A stretch of DNA of 64,000 bases from Nitrososphaeria archaeon (GTDB taxonomy: Archaea > Thermoproteota > Nitrososphaeria > Geothermarchaeales > JDFR-13). Within the stretch, counting starts at the first letter, position 1. Every line of letters starts with the position of its first letter. Below, piece by piece: positions 9,519 to 19,438 of this stretch. The notes under the pieces are model-generated. The model was not told the origin of the DNA. It saw only the letters and a list, made by a program, of their open reading frames with translations, and did no database searches. Made by a program: the position numbers and the translations under genes. The stretch is taken from the NCBI GenBank assembly GCA_027078545.1, contig JALWXN010000004.1:608001-672000 (forward strand), read 5' to 3'.

Positions 9519-10339
9519 CTACTGAGGAGGTTGGCAGGGAAGAGGAGGAGCTGACCTTCTGGGACCATCTATATGAGCTGCTCACCAGGCTGAGGAGGGT
9601 TGTAATAGCCTGGCTGGTCGCTATACTAGTCTTCCTCAGCGCCCCCGCATCCCTAGAGGACTTGATAGCGATGGTGGAGGGCGGCGTATATAGGCCTCTC
9701 ACCCTGACCGTGATGAAGTGGCTCGAGGCCTATATCAAGGAGGCCTCGGGAGTCAGGAACATTACGCTTATACCGGCGGAGATAACAACCCCCCTCGAGC
9801 TCTATGTGGAGGCGAGTATCCTCCTAGCCACTGCAGCCGTTGTCCCCTACTTCGCCTATGAGATGTATATGTTCCTGGAGCCAGCCCTATACCCCCATGA
9901 GAAGCGGTTCATAAAACGCTTTGTATTTGGCTTCAGCGCCGCCTTCCTCTTCGGCATCATCTATGGCTTCGTCGTGATAGCGCCCATCACGTTTAGGATC
10001 CTCCTCCTATTCGTAGAGCTCTTGGGGTGGGCCACGATCATCAATGCACGGACATTCTTCAACACGCTGGTCTTGACTGTCCTGGCCTCAGGCCTCATAT
10101 TCACCATACCTGTCTTCATGGTTATGGCCTTCCGATTCGGGGTTCTACATCCAGACATGGTCGCCAATATCAAGAGGTATATCTATGTAGGTGTCCTTAT
10201 ACTGGCCGCCATAATAACCGCCGACCCCACCCCCGTCTCCATGCTACTAATCTCTATACCCTTCATCCTCGTCTTCGAGCTCTCCATATGGATAGGTAGG
10301 TGGATGCTACGTAAGGAGGAGTCCGGCCAGGGGGAATAG
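9515..10339 (+). CDS. tatC: Tat translocase subunit TatC
   Basis: FWDHLYELLTRL, PALYPHEK, AAIITADP. Confidence 0.93.
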   Translation: MTTEEVGREEEELTFWDHLYELLTRLRRVVIAWLVAILVFLSAPASLEDLIAMVEGGVYRPLTLTVMKWLEAYIKEASGVRNITLIPAEITTPLELYVEASILLATAAVVPYFAYEMYMFLEPALYPHEKRFIKRFVFGFSAAFLFGIIYGFVVIAPITFRILLLFVELLGWATIINARTFFNTLVLTVLASGLIFTIPVFMVMAFRFGVLHPDMVANIKRYIYVGVLILAAIITADPTPVSMLLISIPFILVFELSIWIGRWMLRKEESGQGE

Positions 10340-11032
10340 AGGGGTATGGAGGAATAGCCGTATCGTCTCCCTCTTACCCAGGGATGATATCTGGTCAATA
10401 GGTATCACGTCCCTCCTTATCCAGCTGGCCGCTGTCTTGGCCAGTGGGTCAATGGCCACGACACCCGCTAATGGGTGATTTATGCTGAGTAGGATGTATG
10501 TAGCCAATGCCATGGCCAGTGGCAGTGTAGGTTCTACCCTCCCAACCCTTGCCTCGACGTAGAGGACGCTGGTCACGGTGTAGATGCTGTAGATACCCGC
10601 TGTATAGATGCTTAGAAGGGTCATACCGCCCACGTAGGACGCTGAGTGGAGCGTCAGGAGGGTGAGCATTAGGGTTCCACTGATCAGCACGATTGGATCC
10701 TTCCTCCCCCACGTCCTTACACCCATCATAGTTATGACGAGTAGAGGTGTGACCAAGCCCACTGAGTACAGCGTGTCTAGCCCACCCGTCCATGCGGTGT
10801 ATAGGAAAAGGAGTGTGTTCGAGGCTATGCTATATATCACCCATTTATCGAGGAGTCTACTGGCGTAGAACACACGGTCGACCGTGAATATTAGGTGGAG
10901 GTATATCGCCGAGGCGACTAGGACATTTGTTGGGTCGGGCCTAGTCGTGACGATTCCTAGGAGGAGGGATATCAGTATAAACCCGGCTATACTCGGCTCC
11001 CTAGGGGTGATGAAGGGGCCTAGACCCCTCAC
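10307..11032 (-). CDS. Integral membrane protein (YwiC-like)
   Basis: Many TM segments; N-terminal PREP and C-terminal LGKRE resemble YwiC-like motifs. Confidence 0.45.
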   Translation of the reverse strand: MRGLGPFITPREPSIAGFILISLLLGIVTTRPDPTNVLVASAIYLHLIFTVDRVFYASRLLDKWVIYSIASNTLLFLYTAWTGGLDTLYSVGLVTPLLVITMMGVRTWGRKDPIVLISGTLMLTLLTLHSASYVGGMTLLSIYTAGIYSIYTVTSVLYVEARVGRVEPTLPLAMALATYILLSINHPLAGVVAIDPLAKTAASWIRRDVIPIDQISSLGKRETIRLFLHTPLFPLAGLLLT

Positions 11033-11874
11033 CGCTGGCTCCTCCTACCCTTCCTCCCCTCCTTCTTCCTACCCGTCTCCTCGCCAGTCTCGACTGCTTC
11101 ACCCGTCTCTAGCTCACGTATCCTTGCCGAGATCAGGTTGAAGGCTATGGCTCCGACTAGGAACATGAGGCTTATCGAGAAGACTGCGTTGATGCTATAG
11201 TCTAGGAGCTCTATCTGTGGAGCCTCATATACAATCGAGTCCTTCGGCGAGTTCAGTATGAAGGGGATCTCCATGGAGCTCCCGTCGCCACCCCTCTTCA
11301 ACGCCTCTATCACAAAGGTGACCTCCCTACCGTCGTAGGGGAGCTCCGCCTCATAATATATCTGGGCATCACCCCCTCCATAGTCTCCATAGTCGTCCCT
11401 CAGGATGACGTATACCGTGCCCCCGATGTTCTGGACTGCTAGGTACATCCTCATGTTGAGCCTGCTGTCGAACGGCTCTACGGCGGAGTCTGACACGCTG
11501 TAGACCTCCTCGCCCCCGATGTAGAGGCTCAGGGTATTCGCTATACTATCCATATCCAACCCGTTATACACATGGGTCTCTGTATAGACGAGCTCCACCC
11601 CAAGCTCGGGGACTGCGAGTCTTAGCTCGCCATAGACCTCGTCCCCAAGCTGGCCCACAAGGTTTATGTCGAAGCTGATTACCCAGCTTCCCAGCCTATA
11701 ACCATCGGCAAATAGTTTGAGGTAGGCCTCGCCGGGGCCTGGTGAGGTCTCTATAATGAAGTCGGATATGGTTGTCCAGTCCCCCCTCTGCTCACCTATC
11801 TTGAAGACGTCTCCCATCGCTGGTGGGGGGAGGAGTAGGGTTATTGCTAGGAGTAGGTATAGTATCTTCTTCAT
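11029..11874 (-). CDS. Secreted, C-terminally membrane-anchored hypothetical protein
   Basis: Signal peptide MKKILYLLLAITLLL, acidic beta-rich body, C-terminal TM and charged/basic tail. Confidence 0.7.
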   Translation of the reverse strand: MKKILYLLLAITLLLPPPAMGDVFKIGEQRGDWTTISDFIIETSPGPGEAYLKLFADGYRLGSWVISFDINLVGQLGDEVYGELRLAVPELGVELVYTETHVYNGLDMDSIANTLSLYIGGEEVYSVSDSAVEPFDSRLNMRMYLAVQNIGGTVYVILRDDYGDYGGGDAQIYYEAELPYDGREVTFVIEALKRGGDGSSMEIPFILNSPKDSIVYEAPQIELLDYSINAVFSISLMFLVGAIAFNLISARIRELETGEAVETGEETGRKKEGRKGRRSQR

Positions 11875-11923
11875 ACACCATATAGGATTCGGTGGTAGGC
11901 TTATTAATCACGTGGTGGGCGGT

Positions 11924-12856
11924 GTGGCCTCGGTAGTAGTGGCTAGCTGGGACGTGGATGGACAGGCTTCTGCCTCCATGCTTATAAGATCGGGCTATGC
12001 GGACACGGTGTTCTTCCCCGACGTGGGTGTATACTGGCTCGAGGAGGAGTGGATAGAGAGGCTCTCCCACTACGACTATATCTACGTCGTGGATATGCAT
12101 CTGAGGCGTAGGGACATATCCAGGCTCACCAGCCATTCATACGTCTATATAATTGATGACTCGAAGCTCCACCCGAGCTATAGGGGGTTGAAGGCCACCT
12201 GTGTATGCCAGGAGGGGGTGAGCACAACCTATATCCTTATGGAGTACTTCGGGGTGGAGCCCGATATCGACGCGATACTAGGCATGTATCACGACATGGG
12301 TGACAGGGTTCTGAACAACGAGTACTGGGACATCTTCGCCAAGTACCTTGAGAATATGGACATGGGGCTCGACGATCTGAAGAGGCTCGTCAGGCTCCTA
12401 AACGTCCCGATGTATACCGGTGACCTTATGGGGCTATATAGGAATGTGGAGACCCTGATGAGGAGGCTCAGGGGCTTCGACGAGGAATCCGCGTCGGAGA
12501 TGCTTAGACGGGTGGACCGCTATATAGAGGGGCTAGCCACATACGCCAAGCCCGATGGCATAGTCGAGCTGGGGTATGAGGGGGAGATGTATGTAGTCGT
12601 CGACCTTGTGAAGAGCCTTGTTAGGAGGTTTGGCGGTAGGGATGTACTTGTCCATGACCACGGCTTCATAGGTGGCTACGTCTCCATAGGGGCTTACAGC
12701 GGGAGGAGGGATCTTAGACCCCTTATAAGGAGGCTCCTCAGGGAGGACCTCCCGACTGGTGGGGATAGGAGGTTCCTAGGCCTAGTGGTTGAGGAGGGGG
12801 TTGCTGGGCGATACATAGACATGGTGAGGAAATATATTATGGATGGGGATGGATAG
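11924..12856 (+). CDS. DHH-superfamily (RecJ-like) protein with degenerate motifs
   Basis: WDVDG (motif I), VVDM (II), IIDDS in place of DHH (III), STT (IV), C-terminal GGD; GTG start at 11924 after GGTGG inferred because the longer ORF overlaps the divergent gene. Confidence 0.65.
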   Translation: MASVVVASWDVDGQASASMLIRSGYADTVFFPDVGVYWLEEEWIERLSHYDYIYVVDMHLRRRDISRLTSHSYVYIIDDSKLHPSYRGLKATCVCQEGVSTTYILMEYFGVEPDIDAILGMYHDMGDRVLNNEYWDIFAKYLENMDMGLDDLKRLVRLLNVPMYTGDLMGLYRNVETLMRRLRGFDEESASEMLRRVDRYIEGLATYAKPDGIVELGYEGEMYVVVDLVKSLVRRFGGRDVLVHDHGFIGGYVSIGAYSGRRDLRPLIRRLLREDLPTGGDRRFLGLVVEEGVAGRYIDMVRKYIMDGDG

Positions 12857-13262
12857 GCCACTTGCACAGTACATACCGGGCTTCAAGGGCTATTCCAGTG
12901 GCGGGCTAGGCATGGTCAACAGGTGGCTGGCGGAGAGGCTATATGGACTATCGGCCTCCCCACTACTAAGGCTTGCCTCCCAGGATCCGGCGGCATCCTC
13001 CACCGCCACCATCATAGCCAGCCTCCTGAACAGGTTGGCTGAGGAGGTTGGATCGATGGATGGTAGCCCGGTTGATGAGGAGGAGCTTGAGAGGCTCGAC
13101 ACTAGGATAGCGAGGCTCCTCCTACACCTGGGTAGCCTGGTCGAGAGGGCTGGGCAGGCATCCTCCCCAGTCCTACTCAGGGAGTATCTCAAGATGGTCC
13201 TCGAGGGGGTTATAAGGATAAAGGAGTTGGTTGGTGAGAGGAGGCGCCTACTGACTGGCTAG
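12843..13262 (+). CDS. Hypothetical helical protein
   Basis: Overlaps upstream gene end; typical codon usage; IPGFKGY motif. Confidence 0.55.
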   Translation: MGMDRPLAQYIPGFKGYSSGGLGMVNRWLAERLYGLSASPLLRLASQDPAASSTATIIASLLNRLAEEVGSMDGSPVDEEELERLDTRIARLLLHLGSLVERAGQASSPVLLREYLKMVLEGVIRIKELVGERRRLLTG

Positions 13263-14312
13263 CTCAACGAGCTTCTCTACTATGGCCTGTCCCATCTCCC
13301 TGGTTCCTACAGGCTCCACGCCGTATACCCTTGCTATGTCGTAGGTCACCATCCTACCCTCCTCGATAACCTTGAAGACGGCCTCCTCGATCTTCTTGGC
13401 GGCCTCCATCTCGCCTAGGTGCTGGAGCATCATGACCCCAGCCAGTATCTGTGCCGTCGGGTTCACCTTGTTCTGCCCGGCATATTTGGGGGCGCTGCCG
13501 TGTATCGGCTCGAACATCGCATACTTATCCCCGATGTTCCCACTGGGTATGAGGCCTAGGCTACCCACGAGGCCAGCGGTCAGGTCGGATAGTATGTCCC
13601 CCACCAGATTGGGACAAACGAGTACGTCGTAGTTCTGGGGCTTCACCACGAGCTGGTAGGCCATGTTATCCACCATGTAGTCGTCGGCCTCAATATCGCT
13701 ATACTCCTTTGCCACCTCGTAGAAGACGTCCCTGAACAGTCCGTGGCTCTCCTTTAGGATGTTGGCCTTATGCACGGCTGAGACCCTCTTCCTCCCCATC
13801 CTCCGGGCGTATTCAAAGGCGAATCTAACGACCTTCTCACTCGTCTCACGGGTCACTATCCCTATCGACTCGGCGGCTATCCTCTCCCTATCCACAGTGT
13901 TTATCCTGTGCTCAATACCGGCGTAGAACTCCTCAGTACCTTCACGGATCACAACTAGATCCACGTCTGGGAACTTGGAGGAGAAGCGTGGAATAGCCTT
14001 CGCAGGCCTGACTATGGCGTATAGCTTAAACTCCTTCCTTATAGCCACGTTCACCGATCTATACCCGCTCCCGACGGGCGTCGTTATAGGCCCCTTGTAG
14101 AGGACGCCGGTCTCCCTAATACTCTCCAGTGTATCCTTGGGTAGTGGGTCTCCATACTTCTCATAGGCGGGTATACCAGCTTCACGCCTATCCCACTCTA
14201 TCTCGAAGCCGAATAGCTCCCCAGCCTTCTCCAGGACCATGAGGGCCGTCTCAACCAGCTCGGGCCCAGTCCCGTCTCCAGGTACTAAGGTAACCTTGTA
14301 GCGCCTCATCAC
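13248..14312 (-). CDS. icd: Isocitrate (or homoisocitrate) dehydrogenase, IDH/IPMDH family
   Basis: PGDGTGPE, KGPITTP..RSVNVAIR (isocitrate-type S-x-N-x3-R), VHKANI, FEPIHGSAP; divergent from citrate synthase. Confidence 0.85.
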   Translation of the reverse strand: MMRRYKVTLVPGDGTGPELVETALMVLEKAGELFGFEIEWDRREAGIPAYEKYGDPLPKDTLESIRETGVLYKGPITTPVGSGYRSVNVAIRKEFKLYAIVRPAKAIPRFSSKFPDVDLVVIREGTEEFYAGIEHRINTVDRERIAAESIGIVTRETSEKVVRFAFEYARRMGRKRVSAVHKANILKESHGLFRDVFYEVAKEYSDIEADDYMVDNMAYQLVVKPQNYDVLVCPNLVGDILSDLTAGLVGSLGLIPSGNIGDKYAMFEPIHGSAPKYAGQNKVNPTAQILAGVMMLQHLGEMEAAKKIEEAVFKVIEEGRMVTYDIARVYGVEPVGTREMGQAIVEKLVELASQ

Positions 14313-14413
14313 TGATCAATCCATTTAGATGTCTGCCTCAAGGCTTTAAAGAGGGGATTAGACGGATGGGTAAACGTTTATACCTGGATCCCTGATTCTA
14401 TTATTGGGTTTAG

Positions 14414-15559
14414 GTGATGTCCGAAGACGTCGTGATACATAAGGGGCTGGAGAACGTCTATGTAAAGGAGACGAGGATCTCCTACATCGACGGTGTCAAT
14501 GGTAAGGTCTACTACAGGGGCTACGACCTCGAGGAGCTGGTGGAGAAGTCGAGCTATGAGGAGGTATCCTACCTACTGATCTTCGGTAAGCTGCCCACGA
14601 AGAGGGAGCTCTACAACTGGATAGCCGATATCTCGAGTAACTATGAGCTGGAGGAGGGGATCGTCAAGATCCTAAGGGAGGTCCCGAAGAGGAACAGCCC
14701 GCTAGACATATTAAAGTATAGCCTACTCACGATAGGGCTGTGGGACGAGAAGATCAACAGTCTCGAGAGGCAGGATCTCTACGAGAAGATCGTCAAGATC
14801 CTTGGTAAGACCCCCTCGATACTGGCCAGCTGGTATAGGCTTAGACGTGGATATAAGCTTGTCGAGCCCGACCCCAACCTGGGGTATGCCGAGAACTTTA
14901 TATACATGGTGCGTGGCGAGCCTTCCACCAGGGACGCGGAGATCTTCGACGACATCCTGATACTACATGCTGAGCATGGGCTCAACGCCAGTGCCTTCGC
15001 TGGGATGGTCACCATATCGACGCTCTCAGACCTATACTCCGCCGTGACCTCCAGCATAAATACGTTGAAGGGCCCTCTCCATGGAGGAGCTGCTGGAGCC
15101 GCTTTGAAGATGTTTAGGGAGATTGGTAGCCCCGATAGGGTGGAGGAGTATTTCGAGGCTAAGCTGGCTAGGAAGGAGAGGATTATGGGGTTTGGCCACA
15201 GGGTGTATAAGACATATGACCCCAGGGCAAGGATACTTAAAAATATATTGCTGGGCCTCGACCTCCCGCCAGAGGTGGATCGCCTCTTCAGGATAGCCCT
15301 CAGGGTTGAGGAGGTGGGGATGGAGAGGCTCTGTAAGACGAAGAGGATATGCCCCAACATAGATCTCTTCTCAGGCCTGGTCTACCTATACCTGGGCCTG
15401 CCGGACGACTTCTCCCCAGCCATATTCGCCCTCTCGAGGCTGAGCGGCTGGATTGCCCATATACTGGAGTACCTCGAGGACCCCAGGCTTATCAGGCCAC
15501 GTGCAAAGTATGTCGGCGAGCTTGGGCTTAGATACATACCTATCGAGGAGAGGGGCTGA
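14414..15559 (+). CDS. gltA: Citrate synthase (archaeal dimeric; 2-methylcitrate activity not excluded)
   Basis: YYRGY, HAEHGLNAS, KGPLHGGA, MGFGHRVYKTYDPRA, PNID. Confidence 0.93.
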   Translation: MMSEDVVIHKGLENVYVKETRISYIDGVNGKVYYRGYDLEELVEKSSYEEVSYLLIFGKLPTKRELYNWIADISSNYELEEGIVKILREVPKRNSPLDILKYSLLTIGLWDEKINSLERQDLYEKIVKILGKTPSILASWYRLRRGYKLVEPDPNLGYAENFIYMVRGEPSTRDAEIFDDILILHAEHGLNASAFAGMVTISTLSDLYSAVTSSINTLKGPLHGGAAGAALKMFREIGSPDRVEEYFEAKLARKERIMGFGHRVYKTYDPRARILKNILLGLDLPPEVDRLFRIALRVEEVGMERLCKTKRICPNIDLFSGLVYLYLGLPDDFSPAIFALSRLSGWIAHILEYLEDPRLIRPRAKYVGELGLRYIPIEERG

Positions 15560-15636
15560 GCCGTGCCTATCCTATATACCCCATCCTTAAAACACAGGGA
15601 TAGCCATCATACTACTTGTCACGGGTGATATTTGCC

Positions 15637-16551
15637 ATGCATATAGCGGTGGTGGGGTCTGGGAAGGTTGGGAGCGCCCTGTCCTATACCCTGGCCTTCG
15701 AGCCATATGTAGACCTGCTATCAATAGTCGATGTTAACGAGCCCCTAGCCAGGATGACCGCTGAGGACGTCCTCCACGGTGTGTCGAGCCACGGACTCGA
15801 TGTGGAGGTAAGGGCATATCCAGACGCTTCTCAGGTGGAGGATGCTGATATAGTCGTTGTCTCGGCGGGCTTCCCCAGGAAGCCGGGGATGAGTAGGCGT
15901 GACCTAGCCGGTGAGAACGCCAAGATCATGAGGCAAATAGGGGAGGCGATGAGGGATAGGAACCCCGATGCATGGTACTTCGTCATAACCAACCCGGTGG
16001 ACGCGATGACTACGCTACTGGCGAAGGTGGTTGGCGACTATGACAGGGTGATCGGTACGGGGACGAACCTGGAGACATCTCGTTTCAGGATCATCCTCTC
16101 CAGGCTCCTCGGAGCCCCAGTCTCGAGTATAGAGGGCTATGTCGGTGGTGAGCATGGCGAGGAGGCTGTCCTACTGTGGAGCACTGTGAGGGTGGACGGG
16201 GCTAAGCCCGAGGAGGTGGATAGGGAGGAGGCTGAGAAGTATGTCAAGGGGATAAGCGTGGAGATAATTAGGGCCACCGGGGGGACGAGGTGGGGCCCGG
16301 CAGGCTCATTCATAGAGATCATTAGGGGCCTGGCACTCAACACAGGTAGGATACTGGCCTACTCTAGGCCTAGGCAGTTCGAGGGTATGGATGAGCCTGT
16401 ATATGTAACGGTACCAGCGAGGATAGGCCGTGGCTACAGGGGTGACATGTGGAACCTGTTGGAGGAGGGGGAGAGGCTGGGTATAGAGAGGGCGGCTAGG
16501 GCCATCGAGAAGACCTATAGGGAGTCCCTGGCTGCGGCGGGGCTGGTCTAG
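15637..16551 (+). CDS. Lactate/malate dehydrogenase family (LDH-like MalDH)
   Basis: GSGKVG, AGFPRKPGMSRRDL, TNPVD, GEHG; start after GGGTGA RBS. Confidence 0.92.
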   Translation: MHIAVVGSGKVGSALSYTLAFEPYVDLLSIVDVNEPLARMTAEDVLHGVSSHGLDVEVRAYPDASQVEDADIVVVSAGFPRKPGMSRRDLAGENAKIMRQIGEAMRDRNPDAWYFVITNPVDAMTTLLAKVVGDYDRVIGTGTNLETSRFRIILSRLLGAPVSSIEGYVGGEHGEEAVLLWSTVRVDGAKPEEVDREEAEKYVKGISVEIIRATGGTRWGPAGSFIEIIRGLALNTGRILAYSRPRQFEGMDEPVYVTVPARIGRGYRGDMWNLLEEGERLGIERAARAIEKTYRESLAAAGLV

Positions 16552-16552
16552 C

Positions 16553-17353
16553 TTGACCCCGCCGAGCCCCGAGAAGGTTCTGGGTGCACTCGAGGTCATC
16601 AAGGCATCTATACTCAGGCTTGAGAAGATCCTCTCCAAAATCCCGGAGGAGCTGGATCTAGGGGCTTTCCACTCTAACAAGGTGAGTGTAGAGGTTTTGG
16701 AGGACTGGTCCAGCCTCGGGGAGAGGCTGGGTCTAGATGGGGATATCCGTTACATGCCTATGCATGAGCTCCTGGAGATCGGGCTGGATAGTGGGGAGCC
16801 CCTATGTAGAGACCTCTCGAAGGAGGAGGTCGATGCCCTAGACACAGGTATCGTAGTGGCCGACTCCATAGCCCTTGAGACCGGGACGATGTTCCTCGTC
16901 CATCCATATAGGTATGTCCCCCTCTCGACACATAGTAGGAGGCTGGTCGTGGTTGCTGGTAGGGAGCGTATATTCAGAAGCTTTATAGACGCGTTCAGGG
17001 TGGCGAGGGAGGTCTGGAGACTAAGTATATGGGGGGCGAATATAGGGGCTATAAGCAGCCCGAGCCGTACAGGGGATATTGAGAAGAGGGTTGTATATGG
17101 TGCTCATGGGCCTAGGGAGGTATCCCTCTACATACTGGATAGGGAGCCATGGCCATACCGCCTCTTCCTGACGAGGTATGTGCCACATGTGCTCGGTACG
17201 ATGGACTGTGAATTGCTAAGGCTTCTCGACCCGTTCCTCCCCGAGGCCTATAGGGGGCCCTACTCAGAGATATATACCCGCCTCTTTAGAGAGTATGGGT
17301 ACAGTTTAGAATTGGTTGGAGAAGGGTTGAGATGGAGGTCCCTAGAAACCTGA
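16553..17353 (+). CDS. LUD-domain protein (LutC-like)
   Basis: IALETGT, ISSPSRTGDIEKRVVYGAHGPRE. Confidence 0.85.
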   Translation: MTPPSPEKVLGALEVIKASILRLEKILSKIPEELDLGAFHSNKVSVEVLEDWSSLGERLGLDGDIRYMPMHELLEIGLDSGEPLCRDLSKEEVDALDTGIVVADSIALETGTMFLVHPYRYVPLSTHSRRLVVVAGRERIFRSFIDAFRVAREVWRLSIWGANIGAISSPSRTGDIEKRVVYGAHGPREVSLYILDREPWPYRLFLTRYVPHVLGTMDCELLRLLDPFLPEAYRGPYSEIYTRLFREYGYSLELVGEGLRWRSLET

Positions 17354-18288
17354 CCCTCCTCAGGGACAACGTAGTAGAGACCATGCATATTTTCCGCCTC
17401 CCACTGGGGAGGTGCTCCTCATGGTGTGATGGGGAGCCTGGGGATACGATCCTATACACGGGCTGCCTCTACCAGACCATGGAGATAGTCCTGAGGAGGG
17501 GCCGCTTCCTCGACATGGTTACGAAGGATCCTGATAGGGACTTTATGGCTAGGCTGGCCAAGATATTCATGTCTCTAGGCCCGGTCTATAGGCTCTTCAT
17601 AGACCCGGGGGAGGGGAGGGTCTATAACCTGCCTAGGAAGGCCCTCAACATCCTTAGGAGGCTGGGCTACAAGGTAGGCTGCCTGAGGGAGGAGCCCTAC
17701 CCAGGTATGCTCCTCTACGAGTTCGGCTTCGACCGGGAGTTTAGGGAGTATGCTGCCAGGGTATATGAATACCTTAGGGATAGGGGGGTCAAGAGGCTGG
17801 TCACGATCGACCCCCACGTCTATGAGCTGATGAAGTATATCTACCCCGAGTATGTCCCGGGCTATGACCTCGAGGTGGTGAACTATATCGACCTTGTGCT
17901 TGAGGCCCTCCGGGATGGTAGGGCTAGGCTCAGGAACCCTGGGTACAGCGTTACCTACCACGACCCCTGCCACTACTCAAAGTCTAGGCATAGGAGGATC
18001 ATCGATGAGCCTAGGGAGATCATAAAGTCTTCAGGGGTGGAGCTCAGGGAGCCGCTGAGGACTAGACGCTTCTCGATGTGCTGCGGCGGACCGATAGAGA
18101 CCTACTATTCACGCCTCTCCCGGGAGATTGCTAAGAGGCGCCTCGCAGAGCTTAGGGAGGCTGGTGGGGATAAGATACTGGTCGCCTGCCCCATATGCCT
18201 GGTGAGCTTCGAGAGCGTCGGTGGCCGGGTAATGGACCTGATAGAGTTCCTGGATGAGAACCTGGTGGTAGGGGATGGTGTGGAGTAG
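17332..18288 (+). CDS. CCG-domain Fe-S oxidoreductase (LutA/GlpC-like)
   Basis: YTGC, TYHDPCHY, CCGG, ACPIC. Confidence 0.85.
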   Translation: MEVPRNLTLLRDNVVETMHIFRLPLGRCSSWCDGEPGDTILYTGCLYQTMEIVLRRGRFLDMVTKDPDRDFMARLAKIFMSLGPVYRLFIDPGEGRVYNLPRKALNILRRLGYKVGCLREEPYPGMLLYEFGFDREFREYAARVYEYLRDRGVKRLVTIDPHVYELMKYIYPEYVPGYDLEVVNYIDLVLEALRDGRARLRNPGYSVTYHDPCHYSKSRHRRIIDEPREIIKSSGVELREPLRTRRFSMCCGGPIETYYSRLSREIAKRRLAELREAGGDKILVACPICLVSFESVGGRVMDLIEFLDENLVVGDGVE

Positions 18289-19438
18289 ATATGTTAGGAA
18301 GCTGAACGAGACTATACTTGACCAGGAGTTCAGGACTGGTGTGGAGCGGGCTGTAGAGGCCTATGAGAAGGGGATATACAGGCTGCTCAGCGAACATCCC
18401 GAGTCCTACCGCTATGCAGAGGAAGTTAGGAGGATTAAGGAGGAGTCCCTGAGGAACATCGATACCCTGGTTAAGAGGCTGGAGAAGAGGTGTAGGGAGC
18501 GGGGGATAAACTTCTTCTACGCTGAGACTAGGGAGGCGGCTAGGAGATACATAGCCGGCGTCGTCGGGAGTGGGAAGACGATCGTAAAGAGTAAGAGTAT
18601 GGTCACTGAGGAGATGGATCTAAGGGCGGTCCTAGAGGAGAATGGGAACGAGGTCTGGGAGACAGATCTCGGCGAGTTCATAGTCCAGCTGGCTGGGGAC
18701 GAGCCTATGCATATCGTCACCCCCTCGATCCACTATAGTAGGCATAGGGTGGCCAAGCTCTTGAAGGAGAGGTTCGGCGTGGAGTTCGACCCCGACGATG
18801 TGGAGGGGATGGTTAGATATGCCACAGGCCTCTTAAGGGAGAAGTATTTCAAGGCTGATGTAGGCATCGTCGGTGCTAACTCCCTCTCTGTGGAGGAGCC
18901 CGCAGTCGTCCTCGTCCATAACGAGGGTAATATTAGGATGGTACTCAACACCCCTAGGACTTTGATAGTCGTGGCCGATATCGCCAAGCTGGTACCCACG
19001 ATGGAGGACGCGATAAAGGTGGGCCTGACAGCCTCTAGGTTCTCCAAATACCTCGTGACTGGCTACTACGACGTATTCACCTTTGCAAAGTCCCATGCCG
19101 AGTATGGGCCTAGGGAGATACACCTAGTCCTGGTCGATGGGGGGAGGAGTAGGCTCATTAAGGACCCCGAGGCATGGGAGGCCGCGCTATGCATCAAGTG
19201 TGGTGCCTGCATGTATGTATGTACCTCCTACCAGATCGTCGGTGGTAGGTTCGGGGGTAAGGCCTATCCCTCCGGTATAGGGGCGATAGTCTCGAGCTTC
19301 ACATTCGGGCTTGATGAGAGCCTGCCCGCTCTCTACACATGCCTCCTCGACGGGAGGTGCTACGAGATCTGCCCAATGGATATAGATATACCGGGCATCA
19401 TACGTAGGCTGCGGGCAAGGGCTATGGGGTCTCTATAA
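18275..19438 (+). CDS. lutB: Lactate utilisation protein B (LUD + 4Fe-4S)
   Basis: KSKSMVTEE, ETDLGEFIVQL, HNEGN, CIKCGACMYVC. Confidence 0.9.
   Translation: MVWSRYVRKLNETILDQEFRTGVERAVEAYEKGIYRLLSEHPESYRYAEEVRRIKEESLRNIDTLVKRLEKRCRERGINFFYAETREAARRYIAGVVGSGKTIVKSKSMVTEEMDLRAVLEENGNEVWETDLGEFIVQLAGDEPMHIVTPSIHYSRHRVAKLLKERFGVEFDPDDVEGMVRYATGLLREKYFKADVGIVGANSLSVEEPAVVLVHNEGNIRMVLNTPRTLIVVADIAKLVPTMEDAIKVGLTASRFSKYLVTGYYDVFTFAKSHAEYGPREIHLVLVDGGRSRLIKDPEAWEAALCIKCGACMYVCTSYQIVGGRFGGKAYPSGIGAIVSSFTFGLDESLPALYTCLLDGRCYEICPMDIDIPGIIRRLRARAMGSL

Noticed and set aside
11756-11923. Long N-terminal extension of the DHH-like ORF (similar extensions on ORFs starting 58346, 45926, 35187, 8064)
   Set aside because: The extensions overlap divergent genes or promoters; downstream starts with RBS or TATA spacing are more plausible.
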